From a bacterium (GTDB taxonomy: Bacteria > Krumholzibacteriota > Krumholzibacteriia > LZORAL124-64-63), in assembly GCA_024223715.1 (NCBI GenBank), contig JAAEOA010000015.1:5500-69499 (forward strand): DNA of 64,000 bases, written 5' to 3'. The notes under the pieces are model-generated. The model was not told the DNA's origin. It searched no databases and was given only the letters and a program-made list of their open reading frames with translations. The position numbers and the translations under genes were made by a program. Within the stretch, counting starts at the first letter, position 1. Each line of letters starts with the position of its first letter. Below, piece after piece: positions 19,656-29,644 of this stretch.

Positions 19656-21026
19656 ATGATTTTTCGCTTTTGTTTGTATGGATTTCTGAAAAACCAGCGG
19701 TACTTCGAGCCGTTTATTATTCTGGCCTTTCTTGAGAAGGGCCTGACTTTCTGGGATATTGGTCTTTTGGTGGGGTTTCGGGAAGTCTGCACTCTAATTC
19801 TTGAGATACCCAGCGGCGCGGTGGCAGATGTTTTTGGCCGCCGCCGGTCCATGGTTTTGTCGTTTCTGTCTTACATTATTTCTTTTCTGATTTTTGCAAC
19901 GGCCGCTCAATTGATATTTCTGCTGCCGGCCATGTTTTTCTTTGCTCTAGGCGATGCTTTCCGCACCGGAACTCACAAGGCTATGATTTTTGAATGGCTT
20001 CGTCTGGAAAACCGCCTCGATGAACGGGTGAAGGTGTACGGGCTGACTCGCTCCTGGTCAAAAACCGGCTCGGCGTTAAGTTCCTTGATGGCGGCAACGC
20101 TGGTCATTATTAGCGGAAGTTACACCACGATTTTTTGGCTGGCCGTGATTCCTTATGTGCTGAATCTCATCAATTTTATGGGATACCCGGAGTCTCTGGA
20201 TGGCCAAAAAAAACCGGAGGCAAATATTGCTGCTGCAGTAAATTTAACCGGACGGGTATTAAAACAATCAGGCAAAGAGGCTGGTTTGCGGGGTCTTATT
20301 CTTGAGTCCATGCTCCTGGAAGGATCTTTTAAGGCCACAAAAGATTATTTGCAGCCCATTTTGCAAGCCTTGGCACTGGGCCTGCCGCTGCTGGTTGTTT
20401 CAGAATTGTTTCCCGCAAACTTCACCCCCGATCAAAGAAGTGCACTATTGATTGGCCTGGTCTTTTTTGGGTATTTTCTGACCATGGGTGTGGCATCTCG
20501 TCATGCCCATCGCTGGTCCGATGCTTTAGGCGGGGAGGAGGCTTTGACGGGTCTGATGTGGGGGCTCAATTTGGTGGTTTTTGCGGGCATGGGTTGGGCT
20601 TTGTGGTTGAATCAACCGGTGGGAGCCGTTGTTGCTTTTATTCTTCTGGGTATGATTCAAAACACATTCCGTCCGGCCCAGATTAGCCGCTTCGATAAGA
20701 ACAGCACTCCGGAAATGGGGGCCACCTTATTGTCAGTTGAATCCCAGTCAAAAAGCCTGGCTGCTGCCGCAATCGCCCCACTTCTGGGGTGGGCCGTTGA
20801 TACGGGGCTTTCTCAGGAAGTTGCCGCAAACCCGGATCTTATTGGTGATGTAAGAAGCTTTTGGCCAGTGGCGGCCTTTGGAGTGGTGGCCAGTCTTGGC
20901 GGTTTGATTCAGCGATCCAACAGATCGCGCACTTTTTCCAGCAAGGTGATACGGTCGAAGGGCTTAAGCAGCAAATCTGACGGATCGGACCGATCCACCG
21001 GTGAAATGAATGATTCCGAGTCATAA
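19656..21026 (+). CDS. MFS-type transporter
   Basis: 456-aa polytopic ORF with the MFS loop motif GAVADVFGRRRSM. The hydrophilic C-terminal ~40 aa are encoded antisense to the 3' end of the next kinase gene. Confidence 0.7.
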   Translation: MIFRFCLYGFLKNQRYFEPFIILAFLEKGLTFWDIGLLVGFREVCTLILEIPSGAVADVFGRRRSMVLSFLSYIISFLIFATAAQLIFLLPAMFFFALGDAFRTGTHKAMIFEWLRLENRLDERVKVYGLTRSWSKTGSALSSLMAATLVIISGSYTTIFWLAVIPYVLNLINFMGYPESLDGQKKPEANIAAAVNLTGRVLKQSGKEAGLRGLILESMLLEGSFKATKDYLQPILQALALGLPLLVVSELFPANFTPDQRSALLIGLVFFGYFLTMGVASRHAHRWSDALGGEEALTGLMWGLNLVVFAGMGWALWLNQPVGAVVAFILLGMIQNTFRPAQISRFDKNSTPEMGATLLSVESQSKSLAAAAIAPLLGWAVDTGLSQEVAANPDLIGDVRSFWPVAAFGVVASLGGLIQRSNRSRTFSSKVIRSKGLSSKSDGSDRSTGEMNDSES

Positions 21027-23368
21027 CCGCTCATAAAAATAATTCTCATTTCAGGAGAATCCTGTTTTATTTTTTTCGATAGTTCCCGCCCACCCATAAG
21101 AGGCATGACCACGTCCATTAGAACCAGATCAAATTCCTGATTTTTTTCCCTCCAAAGTTTGTAGGCTTGGACTCCATTTTCTGCTACCACGACTTGATAA
21201 CCAGAACTTTCCAGCAATCGGCATGTCAGATTGCGAACCATTTCTTCGTCTTCCACCAGTAGAATTTTTTCAAAACCGACCACCGGTTCATGAAGTGGTT
21301 GACTTCCATTTTCAGAGGCCACCTCGGTGACGGTTCGCAAATAGATCTGGAATTGGGAGCCTTGACCCGGGGAGCTGGTCACATGCAAAAGACCCTCGTG
21401 CTGTTTGATGATACCGTAAACGGTGGCCAGCCCAAGGCCGGTTCCTTTTCCGGTTTCTTTGGTGGTAAAGAAGGGTTCGAAAATCTGGGTTAGAATTTCC
21501 TCTTCCATGCCACAACCGGAATCGGTCAGGCTGAGGCAAATCCATTGCCCGGGTTCGGCCCATGGATTTAGACGGCAGAATTTTTCATCCAAAGTGACTT
21601 GGCTGGTTTCAATGGAGATCTGTCCCGTTTCTTCTGAAATGGAATCACGAGCATTAACACACAGGTTGACCAAAATTTGTTCTATTTGACTCTGGTCGGC
21701 TTTTACTGAAGGAAGTGACGGCTGAGTGGAAAATTTTAGATCAATGGATTCTCCCAGCAAACGGCGCAACATGGGTAACAGATCTCTGGTAATACTATTC
21801 AGGTTCAAGACCACCGGCTGCAACATTTGTCGCCGGCTGAAAGCCAGTAACTGGCGAGTTAAAGATGCGGCCCGTTCGGCAGCCAATTCCGCTTGAGTTA
21901 AATCTTTATAGGAGTCGCTTTCCTGTGGCAAATCAGCTTTTACAAAATCAAGATATCCGAGAATGGCCTGAATGATGTTGTTAAAATCATGGGCCACACC
22001 ACCAGCAAGCTGACCCACGGCTTGAAGCTTTTGCCCTTGGCGCAAACGGCTTTCCAATTCTCGTTCTTCGGTTATGTCGCGACCAACAATAACGAGGCCC
22101 ACGAATTCGCCGGATTCATTGAAAATGTTGGAACCGGCCCAGGAGGTCCACATCCAACTGTCATTGTTTTTCAGGCGTACTACAAGAGCGAGGTGTTCGG
22201 TGGGATTCTCAGTTAGGATTTGCAAATATTTCTTAGCCTTAAGATGGTCTTCCGGATGAATGAATTCTATCGTTTTTTTGCCAAGAATATCTTCTTTTGG
22301 CAGACCAATTTTTTTAATGGCCGAAGGGCTCACAAAAACAAGTTTAAGCTGATCATCAACTTTTACCAGCATATCAACCTGATGGTCCACCATCAGCTTA
22401 TAGTTGCTTTGACTTTCCCTCAATTCCAAAATGCGTAGCAGATAAGCGCGCAATAGCAGTGACAGGGCAGAGGCCAAGGTCAGTCCCGCAATAAACAACC
22501 AGCCTTCTCCTGTCAGCAATAGTGGCCTATTGATCGCGGCCAGGGGCAGCAGGCTTATTTCCCAGTTTTTATCCACAATTCGAATTTTTAGATTACTGAC
22601 AGCCTCGGGAATATTGGACAGGCCCAGTTCAGAAAAGGCACTGGTGTTTGAAATTGGCAATGGAGAAACATCGGGAATATACTGGTAGGCCACATTTCCA
22701 GATAAAGTAACAATTTCCATGGCAAAACGATTCTTCAACGGAATAGGACCCAAACAGCTTTCCACGACTTTTTCCATTACAAAAACACCATTCAGGCATC
22801 CGCCGGAAGAACCATCATGATTCCAAAGAGGCAAATAAGTTGCGAATCCAGGTTTTCCCTGCAAAAGGTGAATCATGGGTGATCGGCAAATGCTCCGATC
22901 TTTGATGGCAGACCTCAGTGCATTGGGTACCGCTGGGTCAGGATGTTTGTTCAGATTGACGTTCTTGGCGGCAAGGTTGGTGGCCTCGGGGGTCACAATA
23001 GTGATGACCATTTCAGGATCAATCCAGTTGATGGCCTGGAATCCGGGATATAGGCCCTGAACCTTGAGGGCTTCTTCAATAAATACGTCAGGATTATTTT
23101 GGGGTGAAATGTGCTCAGAGTTGGCCAGGTACTCCAGAATGGCAATGCGGTTGTCGACCCAGGATTCGAGACGCAGCTTGATTTGCTCTGCGGTGACTTC
23201 AGTTTCCAGCCGCAAATTTTTCTGATGGATTTGTTTGGCATTATTCAGGACAAGCAGGGAAATTACAATCATTGTAAGGAAGAATGTCAAAGGTAGCACT
23301 GTTGGTGACAACAGCTTATTAGATTTTGAGATGGAAAAACCGGAAAAGGCCATTCTTATCCTGTTCAC
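20909..23368 (-). CDS. PAS-containing hybrid sensor histidine kinase
   Basis: 819-aa ORF. Order: TM, ~270-aa extracytoplasmic domain, TM, PAS-like region, H-box HDFNNII, HATPase GKGTGLGLA, and a receiver (ILLVEDEEMV, VLMDVVMP). Confidence 0.85.
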   Translation of the reverse strand: MNRIRMAFSGFSISKSNKLLSPTVLPLTFFLTMIVISLLVLNNAKQIHQKNLRLETEVTAEQIKLRLESWVDNRIAILEYLANSEHISPQNNPDVFIEEALKVQGLYPGFQAINWIDPEMVITIVTPEATNLAAKNVNLNKHPDPAVPNALRSAIKDRSICRSPMIHLLQGKPGFATYLPLWNHDGSSGGCLNGVFVMEKVVESCLGPIPLKNRFAMEIVTLSGNVAYQYIPDVSPLPISNTSAFSELGLSNIPEAVSNLKIRIVDKNWEISLLPLAAINRPLLLTGEGWLFIAGLTLASALSLLLRAYLLRILELRESQSNYKLMVDHQVDMLVKVDDQLKLVFVSPSAIKKIGLPKEDILGKKTIEFIHPEDHLKAKKYLQILTENPTEHLALVVRLKNNDSWMWTSWAGSNIFNESGEFVGLVIVGRDITEERELESRLRQGQKLQAVGQLAGGVAHDFNNIIQAILGYLDFVKADLPQESDSYKDLTQAELAAERAASLTRQLLAFSRRQMLQPVVLNLNSITRDLLPMLRRLLGESIDLKFSTQPSLPSVKADQSQIEQILVNLCVNARDSISEETGQISIETSQVTLDEKFCRLNPWAEPGQWICLSLTDSGCGMEEEILTQIFEPFFTTKETGKGTGLGLATVYGIIKQHEGLLHVTSSPGQGSQFQIYLRTVTEVASENGSQPLHEPVVGFEKILLVEDEEMVRNLTCRLLESSGYQVVVAENGVQAYKLWREKNQEFDLVLMDVVMPLMGGRELSKKIKQDSPEMRIIFMSGYDSESFISPVDRSDPSDLLLKPFDRITLLEKVRDLLDR

Positions 23369-23550
23369 TTAAGTGATAAAAACTGAATCCCATTTTATCG
23401 GGATTGCATTATTTTTCAAGGAAAACCGAAAATGGGTTGTTCCAATTTGAATACAAAATTTTGGTAGACGATAACCAATGTGGAGGATAACATACTGCAG
23501 TCCAGCCTCTGGTGCTTTAATTTACACAAAAAACCTCTTGGAGGAATATC

Positions 23551-23793
23551 ATGAAAAAGTTGATGATTTTGCTGAGCGCTCTGTTTTTGCTGATGTCTCT
23601 GGTTGCGATCACCGGTTGCGATGGCGAAGATGCCACCAAAGACGGCGAAGCTGTAGTCGCAACCCACGATTGTGATGGTGGCTGTGGTATGAAAGATATG
23701 CCTGCAGACAAGACCACTGAAGTTGATGGAAAGTTCTATTGTGCCGGTTGTGTTCCCAAAGACGATGGCGGACATGAAGGCCACAATCACTAA
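23551..23793 (+). CDS. Small Cys/His-rich lipoprotein with YHS/TRASH-like CGM...C-x2-C motif
   Basis: 80-aa ORF with GGAGGA 5 nt upstream of the ATG. Lipoprotein signal MKKLMILLSALFLLMSLVAITGC. Mature part contains HDCDGGCGMKDM-x13-GKFYCAGC and the His-rich tail GGHEGHNH. Confidence 0.6.
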   Translation: MKKLMILLSALFLLMSLVAITGCDGEDATKDGEAVVATHDCDGGCGMKDMPADKTTEVDGKFYCAGCVPKDDGGHEGHNH

Positions 23794-23853
23794 TTATTTG
23801 GTTTGAATTTAGGGGACACCATTGGGTGTTCCCTTTTTTTAACGGGAGTGGTT

Positions 23854-24261
23854 ATGAAAAATCAGAGAATATTATTGATGCTGGCTGTGATGGCTATAGC
23901 TCTGACCACAGTGGGTTGTGGTGGTAAAACCAGTCATTTGGAGACTGGAGGCATCAACGCCACGGATTTGTTGAACAACCTATTGGACAAAACCAACCGG
24001 ATTTTGAGCGACGTGGTCAATACCGAAAGTGCGGAACGGGCTTTACCCGAGCTTCAAGCTGTGAATGAAGGGTTTGACCGACTTATCGAAGAAATGGATG
24101 GCCTTTCTCCCGCTGGTCGTAATGAAATTTCGGAAAAGGCGGCTCAAGCCATGCCTGGTTTGAAGGGCAACGCCCGCCGCTTGAATAGCAAACGGGGCAT
24201 TGAAGATATTATTGGGCCTGAGATGAACCTCATGGTCACCAAGTTGTCAAAACTCTTATAG
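23854..24261 (+). CDS. Hypothetical lipoprotein
   Basis: The ORF begins at 23803, but Met18 (23854) gives MKNQRILLMLAVMAIALTTVGC, a lipobox signal. The mature region is helical with no recognised motif. A terminator follows. Confidence 0.55.
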   Translation: MKNQRILLMLAVMAIALTTVGCGGKTSHLETGGINATDLLNNLLDKTNRILSDVVNTESAERALPELQAVNEGFDRLIEEMDGLSPAGRNEISEKAAQAMPGLKGNARRLNSKRGIEDIIGPEMNLMVTKLSKLL

Positions 24262-24265
24262 ATTT

Positions 24266-24294
24266 GGGGGCCGCAATCCGGCTCCTCTTTTTTT
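24266..24294 (+). terminator. Rho-independent terminator
   Basis: 7-bp stem GGGGCCG / CGGCTCC (one G-U) with loop CAATC, followed by TCTTTTTTT, a few nt after the stop at 24261. Confidence 0.7.
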
Positions 24295-24495
24295 GTCCTG
24301 GCCCTAAACTATTGACTCAGTTTATTCAGATACCCTATACTAATTCAGGCAAACCGTTGTTGTATTTGTAAAGATTTTTCAACAGCGATCCTTTTCATTT
24401 CGACCGGATTCTTCAATGATTGGATTTTCCAACAATCTGTTTCGAAATGATAAGGTTGTTACAGGGGCATATAGTTTTTTTAAGGGGGTGGGAGC

Positions 24496-25830
24496 ATGTA
24501 TACTCCCATTATTATTCGTATCCTGGTGATCGGAATGTTGGTTCTCCTGTGGGTTCCATTGGGATCTCAGGCAGCTACTTATATTGTTTCCGAAGGTCAG
24601 AGTATTGCAAGTGCACTGGCAATGGCAGCCGATGGTGATTCGGTTCTTGTCGATGCCGGGCAGTATCATGAAGATGGTCTGGTCATGCCTTCGGGGGTGA
24701 TCTTGGCTGCTTCAAGTACAGATCCGCAGGAGTATCCTGTTCTGTCATCCGAAGAGGGTCTCAGCCTTCTTCTCTGTGAAGATTTATCTTCAGCGACCCG
24801 TATCGAAAACCTGGTTTTTGAGGGACCTGCAATGGCCCCGGAACAACTGGAGCGTCTGGGTGGTGCCATTCGATCTCAAAATTCTGCCGCTGTAATATCA
24901 GGTTGTGTTTTTCGTGATTTGAAGGCCCAGTACGGTGGTGCTGTTTATTGCGGCTCCGGTGTATCATTGCGAATTGAACAGTGCACTTTTTCCGGAAACT
25001 ATGCCCAGGCATCCGGGGGTGCTGTTTCCGTAGTGGGTGGCCAGGGTCTTTTTCTGGACTATTGTCTTTTTACCGGAAATTCGGCCGAGTCCGGTGGCTG
25101 TGTGCTGAACGTAGCCCTGAGTGCAAGTGCCTCTATGAATAATTGCACTTTGTCTGAAAATGGTCTGACTGACGGGGCCGACATCACCGTTTGGGATGGC
25201 CAATTGATTCAAACAACAAGCAGCATTTTGACATCAAGTGCTGGGATGGCTGTTTTGACTGATCATCAAAGCATTCCGGCTTTGAATTGCTGTGATGTGT
25301 ATGGCAATTATGGTGGCGATTGGGTCGGATCCATTCAGGATCAGGCCGAACTGGCTGGAAATATCTCAGAAGATCCTATGTTCTGTGGCTCGGGCAGTGA
25401 AGGGTCACCTTACGACATCAGTGAACTTTCTCCGTGCGCCGATTCTGCTCAACCTGGTTGCGGAATCATCGGAGCAATGCCTGTAGGCTGTGATGCCAGT
25501 ACAGGAACCGATGGCAGCATCGACTCAGAAATAACCGAAACCACCCTGCCTGCGGTCACCCGTTTGCGTGGCAACTATCCCAACCCTTTTAATCCTCGAA
25601 CGACCATTGCTTTCGACATGAGCCGGGCCGGTCATGCGTCTGTTGAAGTGTACGATCTGGCAGGACGCCAAGTCCGCCGTCTGCACTCCGGACATCTGGA
25701 TGCCGGGCCTCATGAAGTTAGCTGGAATGGACGCCAGGCCGATGGCCGCATCTCTGCCGCCGGTGTTTACTTTTTCCGTCTGAAAACGGAATCGGTAATC
25801 GATACCCAACGCATGATGCTGGTCAAGTAA
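24496..25830 (+). CDS. Secreted right-handed beta-helix (pectate-lyase-fold-like) protein with C-terminal FlgD-Ig/T9SS-like sorting domain
   Basis: 444-aa ORF with a signal peptide. N-terminus YIVSEGQSIASALAMAADGDSVLVDAGQYHE plus repeated G-G-A/F-x-G-N turns are typical of PbH1 beta-helix proteins. C-terminal domain: NYPNPFNPRTTIAFDM...VEVYDLAGRQV...VSWNGRQ...GVYFFRL. Confidence 0.7.
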   Translation: MYTPIIIRILVIGMLVLLWVPLGSQAATYIVSEGQSIASALAMAADGDSVLVDAGQYHEDGLVMPSGVILAASSTDPQEYPVLSSEEGLSLLLCEDLSSATRIENLVFEGPAMAPEQLERLGGAIRSQNSAAVISGCVFRDLKAQYGGAVYCGSGVSLRIEQCTFSGNYAQASGGAVSVVGGQGLFLDYCLFTGNSAESGGCVLNVALSASASMNNCTLSENGLTDGADITVWDGQLIQTTSSILTSSAGMAVLTDHQSIPALNCCDVYGNYGGDWVGSIQDQAELAGNISEDPMFCGSGSEGSPYDISELSPCADSAQPGCGIIGAMPVGCDASTGTDGSIDSEITETTLPAVTRLRGNYPNPFNPRTTIAFDMSRAGHASVEVYDLAGRQVRRLHSGHLDAGPHEVSWNGRQADGRISAAGVYFFRLKTESVIDTQRMMLVK

Positions 25831-25876
25831 ATCACGGCTTATGAGGAACATAATCTCCCGTGAAAGGGGTAAGGAT

Positions 25877-27940
25877 ATGCAATATATAAATATTAAAAAA
25901 CTGATCCTGAGTCTGATTATTATTATGATCACTCTCGGGACTTCCATGGCCTGGGCTGACCCAGTGCCCAAAGCTCGTCTGATTTATCCAGGTAGTAACC
26001 ACACATCGGCGACGATGCTGCCCCCGGGGTATTCATTTGAAGTCACTCTACAGGATGACGATGGCCTTATGCAGAAGCCCCGAAAATTCCGTTACCTGGT
26101 TAAGGAGGCTGTTGTTGACGGCGTCGTCATCAATACAAAATACCAATATGATCTGTATGTCGATGAGTTGATTTCTTTCCATGATGAAGCCTGGTCAGAG
26201 TGGATGGATGTTTATTTGGGGTCCGAGGACCCGACTCTGATCACCATGCCGGAACTTGAAATAGACCAATATTATATTTGCGCTGTTCAGGTTCTCGACG
26301 ATAACGGCTGTGCCAGTATGGATTTGGGATACAGCCATTCAGTCGCCAATTTCCGGGTTGTCGATGATTTATTCACCCCAACAATTTCTGCGATGGAGCA
26401 GTATCTTGGAGTTTTTCAGACATCCCAGTGGCAAGTGGATATTGCATCGGGACAGGAACTCAACTTTCAGGCCCAGGCTTCGGCCCAGTATTATGGTGGC
26501 AGCATAACCTCATTGCGTTACGGATGGGATTTGCAGGACCCCGACGATCCCAACGATCCAGGTTGGGGAAATCCAGCGGGCTTTGAAGATGATACACTTG
26601 TTATTCCAGAGCATAGTTTCCATAACGGTCTTCATTCACTGACCATTCAGGCCATTGACTCCTACGGATATGTTTCCACTATGGTTGGTGACTTGTCGGT
26701 TATTCCTTTTGTCTCCCCGGAAAACCAACTGCCTTTACTTTTTGTAGATCAGGTTGTTGATAATCAAACTAATTTATGGCCCAATGAAGATGGTACCATT
26801 ATTTATGATCATGAGGATTACAGAAATGCTTTTTGGTCTTTTTTGAGTCAGGATGACGGAGTGCAGGGGTACGATGAAAACCGTGACCGATATGATCATA
26901 CCGAGTCATTCGGATATGAAAATATTGTTGCCTATAAGTCGGTTCTGATAAATGCCCGAATGCACTCCCAACAGTTATTATTTCAACAATTCCGACCAGA
27001 GAATGATCAGGATAAATATGTGTGGCTGAACCCGTATCAGGCCCAGGGTGGCAACTTGTTCCTGGTGGGTAATCGAAGCATGGACTCGTTCCTGGAAGTT
27101 CTGTCTTACATGGTCCCATTGGTCTTCGATACCGATGAGCAATATTTCTCAAAGTACAACACAAATTTCACTGTGGGCTTTGGAAAAATTGAACGGCCTG
27201 ATGGCTCGACAGTCAACCGTGGTATTACAATGTATCCATATTTGACTGCAGGAATTAGCACCTTGGATTGGTCTGTTCCTATCAATAAGAATATTTATGA
27301 TCGCCCATTTGCAGCTTCCCAGGACCGGAGTACCGAGTGTTCTGGTATCAAAGCCATGGTCCTTTCCGGTGACTTTCGCAATCAGCATCAAATCAACGGC
27401 TTAGCCTTGTCAGATACAATGCACACGAATCTGGATATTGATTGGCGTGATAGCCAAGCGGCGGGAATTGATACTAATTTAAGTATCGGTTTTCACTTCG
27501 TCGGGGACGAGTTTGTTGATGCCAATGTTTCCTCACGCACCACCGACTGGCAACCTCAGGAATGTTCTGATGGTGTTGACGGTCTGTGTGTGGAGCCAAT
27601 GTATCAAGGGGTCACCCGGTTCGATTTCCTGAGAAAAGCAAACTGGGATGCTGGCAACAGTGAATGGCCACAAAATGTTTATACTCCACAAGATCTGAAC
27701 GACATTTGTGGAGAAATGGCCTTGACCACTTTGGAAACTCCGGGCGGTGATATTCCGAACGGAACAGCCCGTGTCAACGACCTGACATACGGCTACCTTT
27801 CATATAAAAATGTAGCCAACAAACCCAGTGGAAAAGCAGATGCTTATTGGGGCTTCGACCCGTACCGTTTTGACCATGGAGAGGCGAAAAAATCAGTTCG
27901 CTGGGTCTTGCAGTATTTTGGTTTGAGCATGAATCGATAG
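25877..27940 (+). CDS. Large secreted hypothetical protein
   Basis: The ORF begins at 25841. Met13 (25877, AAGGA upstream) gives signal peptide MQYINIKKLILSLIIIMITLGTSMAWA. The 687-aa product has no motif I recognise. It lies 46 nt downstream of the beta-helix gene on the same strand. Confidence 0.6.
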   Translation: MQYINIKKLILSLIIIMITLGTSMAWADPVPKARLIYPGSNHTSATMLPPGYSFEVTLQDDDGLMQKPRKFRYLVKEAVVDGVVINTKYQYDLYVDELISFHDEAWSEWMDVYLGSEDPTLITMPELEIDQYYICAVQVLDDNGCASMDLGYSHSVANFRVVDDLFTPTISAMEQYLGVFQTSQWQVDIASGQELNFQAQASAQYYGGSITSLRYGWDLQDPDDPNDPGWGNPAGFEDDTLVIPEHSFHNGLHSLTIQAIDSYGYVSTMVGDLSVIPFVSPENQLPLLFVDQVVDNQTNLWPNEDGTIIYDHEDYRNAFWSFLSQDDGVQGYDENRDRYDHTESFGYENIVAYKSVLINARMHSQQLLFQQFRPENDQDKYVWLNPYQAQGGNLFLVGNRSMDSFLEVLSYMVPLVFDTDEQYFSKYNTNFTVGFGKIERPDGSTVNRGITMYPYLTAGISTLDWSVPINKNIYDRPFAASQDRSTECSGIKAMVLSGDFRNQHQINGLALSDTMHTNLDIDWRDSQAAGIDTNLSIGFHFVGDEFVDANVSSRTTDWQPQECSDGVDGLCVEPMYQGVTRFDFLRKANWDAGNSEWPQNVYTPQDLNDICGEMALTTLETPGGDIPNGTARVNDLTYGYLSYKNVANKPSGKADAYWGFDPYRFDHGEAKKSVRWVLQYFGLSMNR

Positions 27941-27977
27941 ATTCATAAGAGCGACTCAATAGTGCCGGCTCCCCTGA

Positions 27978-29507
27978 TTATGCAGTGGGGGCCGGCTTCT
28001 TTTTACCTTCAGCAAGAGATACCAGAGAGTCAATGGCCTCTTCCATTTCCTTGGCCATGCCTGTGAGCTCCTGGGCGGCACCCGCACTTTCTTCACTGTT
28101 TGCGGCGTTCTGCTGAATAACTGATTCAATACTGGTGACCGAGTTGTTGATTTCAGAAAGGCTGTGGGCCTGGTCACTGGACTGAGTCGCAATGTCGGCA
28201 ATTAGTTTTTCCACTTCGGAAACTCCGGAACTGACCTGGTTCAAACTTTCAGCTAAATGTTTCGCTTGTTCCCCAACTTTACTGGCGGAGGCCCTGCTGA
28301 CGCCAACAATTTCTGCAGTACTGGCTGCAGCATCACTGCTGCGTTTGGCAAGGTTCCGAACCTCTTCGGCGACTACGGCAAAACCTTTTCCTGCATCGCC
28401 CGCACGTGCCGCTTCCACGGCGGAGTTAAGAGCCAGCAAATTTGTCTGGAAGGCAATTTCATCAATGGTTTTTACTACCGAGACAGTTTCAGCGGTTGAT
28501 TTTTCAATGCCCTCAATGGCGTCCATCAATTGTTTCATGGCCAGGGAACATCCGGAGGTTACATGCCCCACTTCACCAGTTGTTTGATTGGCATTTTGGG
28601 CCGATTCGCTGTTCTGATTGGTTTGAACAGATATCTGGGCCAGAGACTGGGAGGTCTTTTCAATATTCGAAGCCTGCTGGGTCGAGCCTTGGGCCAGACT
28701 GTCGCTGGATCGACTGATTTGATTGGAGGCAGAAGTGACCAAGGCCGAACTGTCAGTCAAAGTGGAAATAATGCGTTCAATGGGGCTGGTAATGGACTGT
28801 GCGAAGAAGAATGAACCAATCATAATACTCAACATCATGATGGCGACAACTCCGGAAAAAACATTTCGCGTCAAATTGATGTCATCGGCAAAACGGCTTG
28901 ATTGGGTTTGGATGCTTTGGCTGGCAGCACTGACTTCAGAGGACAGCTCGCGGCTGGTTGACAATTCTCCAGACAGTTCTTTAACAGAGACAACCTGTTC
29001 ACCCAGAACCTCGGTGAATCGATCCATTTCTTTAACTGTGCTGGCCAAACCAATAAGGGCTTCGCGGCGAATGGTTTCCCTGATGTCGCCAATTTCATCG
29101 ACAATATCTTCCATTGCCCAGCGGGCTTCACCATCGGGCAACTCGGAGGCGCTTTCTTCTGTCGACTCAATAAGATCGGCTAAAGTTTCAGTAATAGCCC
29201 GAATTTTACGTTCATTAATTTTTACCGCGTTGTTCGCTGTGCCAATGTCAGAAGACAATACAGAAATGGCGTTTGATATTGAGGTCAGCGAGTCATCCGC
29301 GGCAGCGACTTGAAGTTCGGTCTGACCGGAGTTTGTTACTCCGGTTCCCGCTCCAGCAATAATGTTCTGAAAACCACTTTCCAGCTTGTGGTAACTGAAT
29401 AAGGCCATAATTAACAAAGAAGCAAGTAGAAGGCTGGACATGACGCCAGCAACTATGAGTTTTGTACGAAATGACATTACTTTCCTCCGGGTAGTTTTTC
29501 TACTCAA
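27978..29507 (-). CDS. Methyl-accepting chemotaxis protein
   Basis: 509-aa ORF with an N-terminal TM and a helical sensor region. It carries the conserved signalling hairpin [41 protein letters not shown]. Confidence 0.85.
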   Translation of the reverse strand: MSRKTTRRKVMSFRTKLIVAGVMSSLLLASLLIMALFSYHKLESGFQNIIAGAGTGVTNSGQTELQVAAADDSLTSISNAISVLSSDIGTANNAVKINERKIRAITETLADLIESTEESASELPDGEARWAMEDIVDEIGDIRETIRREALIGLASTVKEMDRFTEVLGEQVVSVKELSGELSTSRELSSEVSAASQSIQTQSSRFADDINLTRNVFSGVVAIMMLSIMIGSFFFAQSITSPIERIISTLTDSSALVTSASNQISRSSDSLAQGSTQQASNIEKTSQSLAQISVQTNQNSESAQNANQTTGEVGHVTSGCSLAMKQLMDAIEGIEKSTAETVSVVKTIDEIAFQTNLLALNSAVEAARAGDAGKGFAVVAEEVRNLAKRSSDAAASTAEIVGVSRASASKVGEQAKHLAESLNQVSSGVSEVEKLIADIATQSSDQAHSLSEINNSVTSIESVIQQNAANSEESAGAAQELTGMAKEMEEAIDSLVSLAEGKKKPAPTA

Positions 29508-29563
29508 CTACCGGATATATCGGAAGGGTAATGAAAAACCTTAGTGTTTGATGGATTAGAGTC

Positions 29564-29594
29564 AAAAAAAGCCGACTCCAGGAAGGAGTCGGCT
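29564..29594 (-). terminator. Rho-independent terminator of the DUF1015-serA-serC operon
   Basis: Hairpin GCCGACTCC-(loop)-GGAGTCGGC (29571-29594) preceded on the plus strand by A7 (29564-29570), which is a T7 tail on the minus strand. It lies ~50 nt after the serC stop. Confidence 0.8.
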
Positions 29595-29644
29595 CCGATC
29601 AATTTTCTGTCAATTGAATAATCAGAATCCCGTTCCGATCAGAC

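Noticed and set aside
28192-29313. Several plus-strand ORFs (up to 196 aa) inside the MCP gene
   Set aside because: They are antisense to the MCP, whose signalling hairpin is unmistakable. Ala/Ser-rich shadow frames are common opposite MCP coiled-coil regions.
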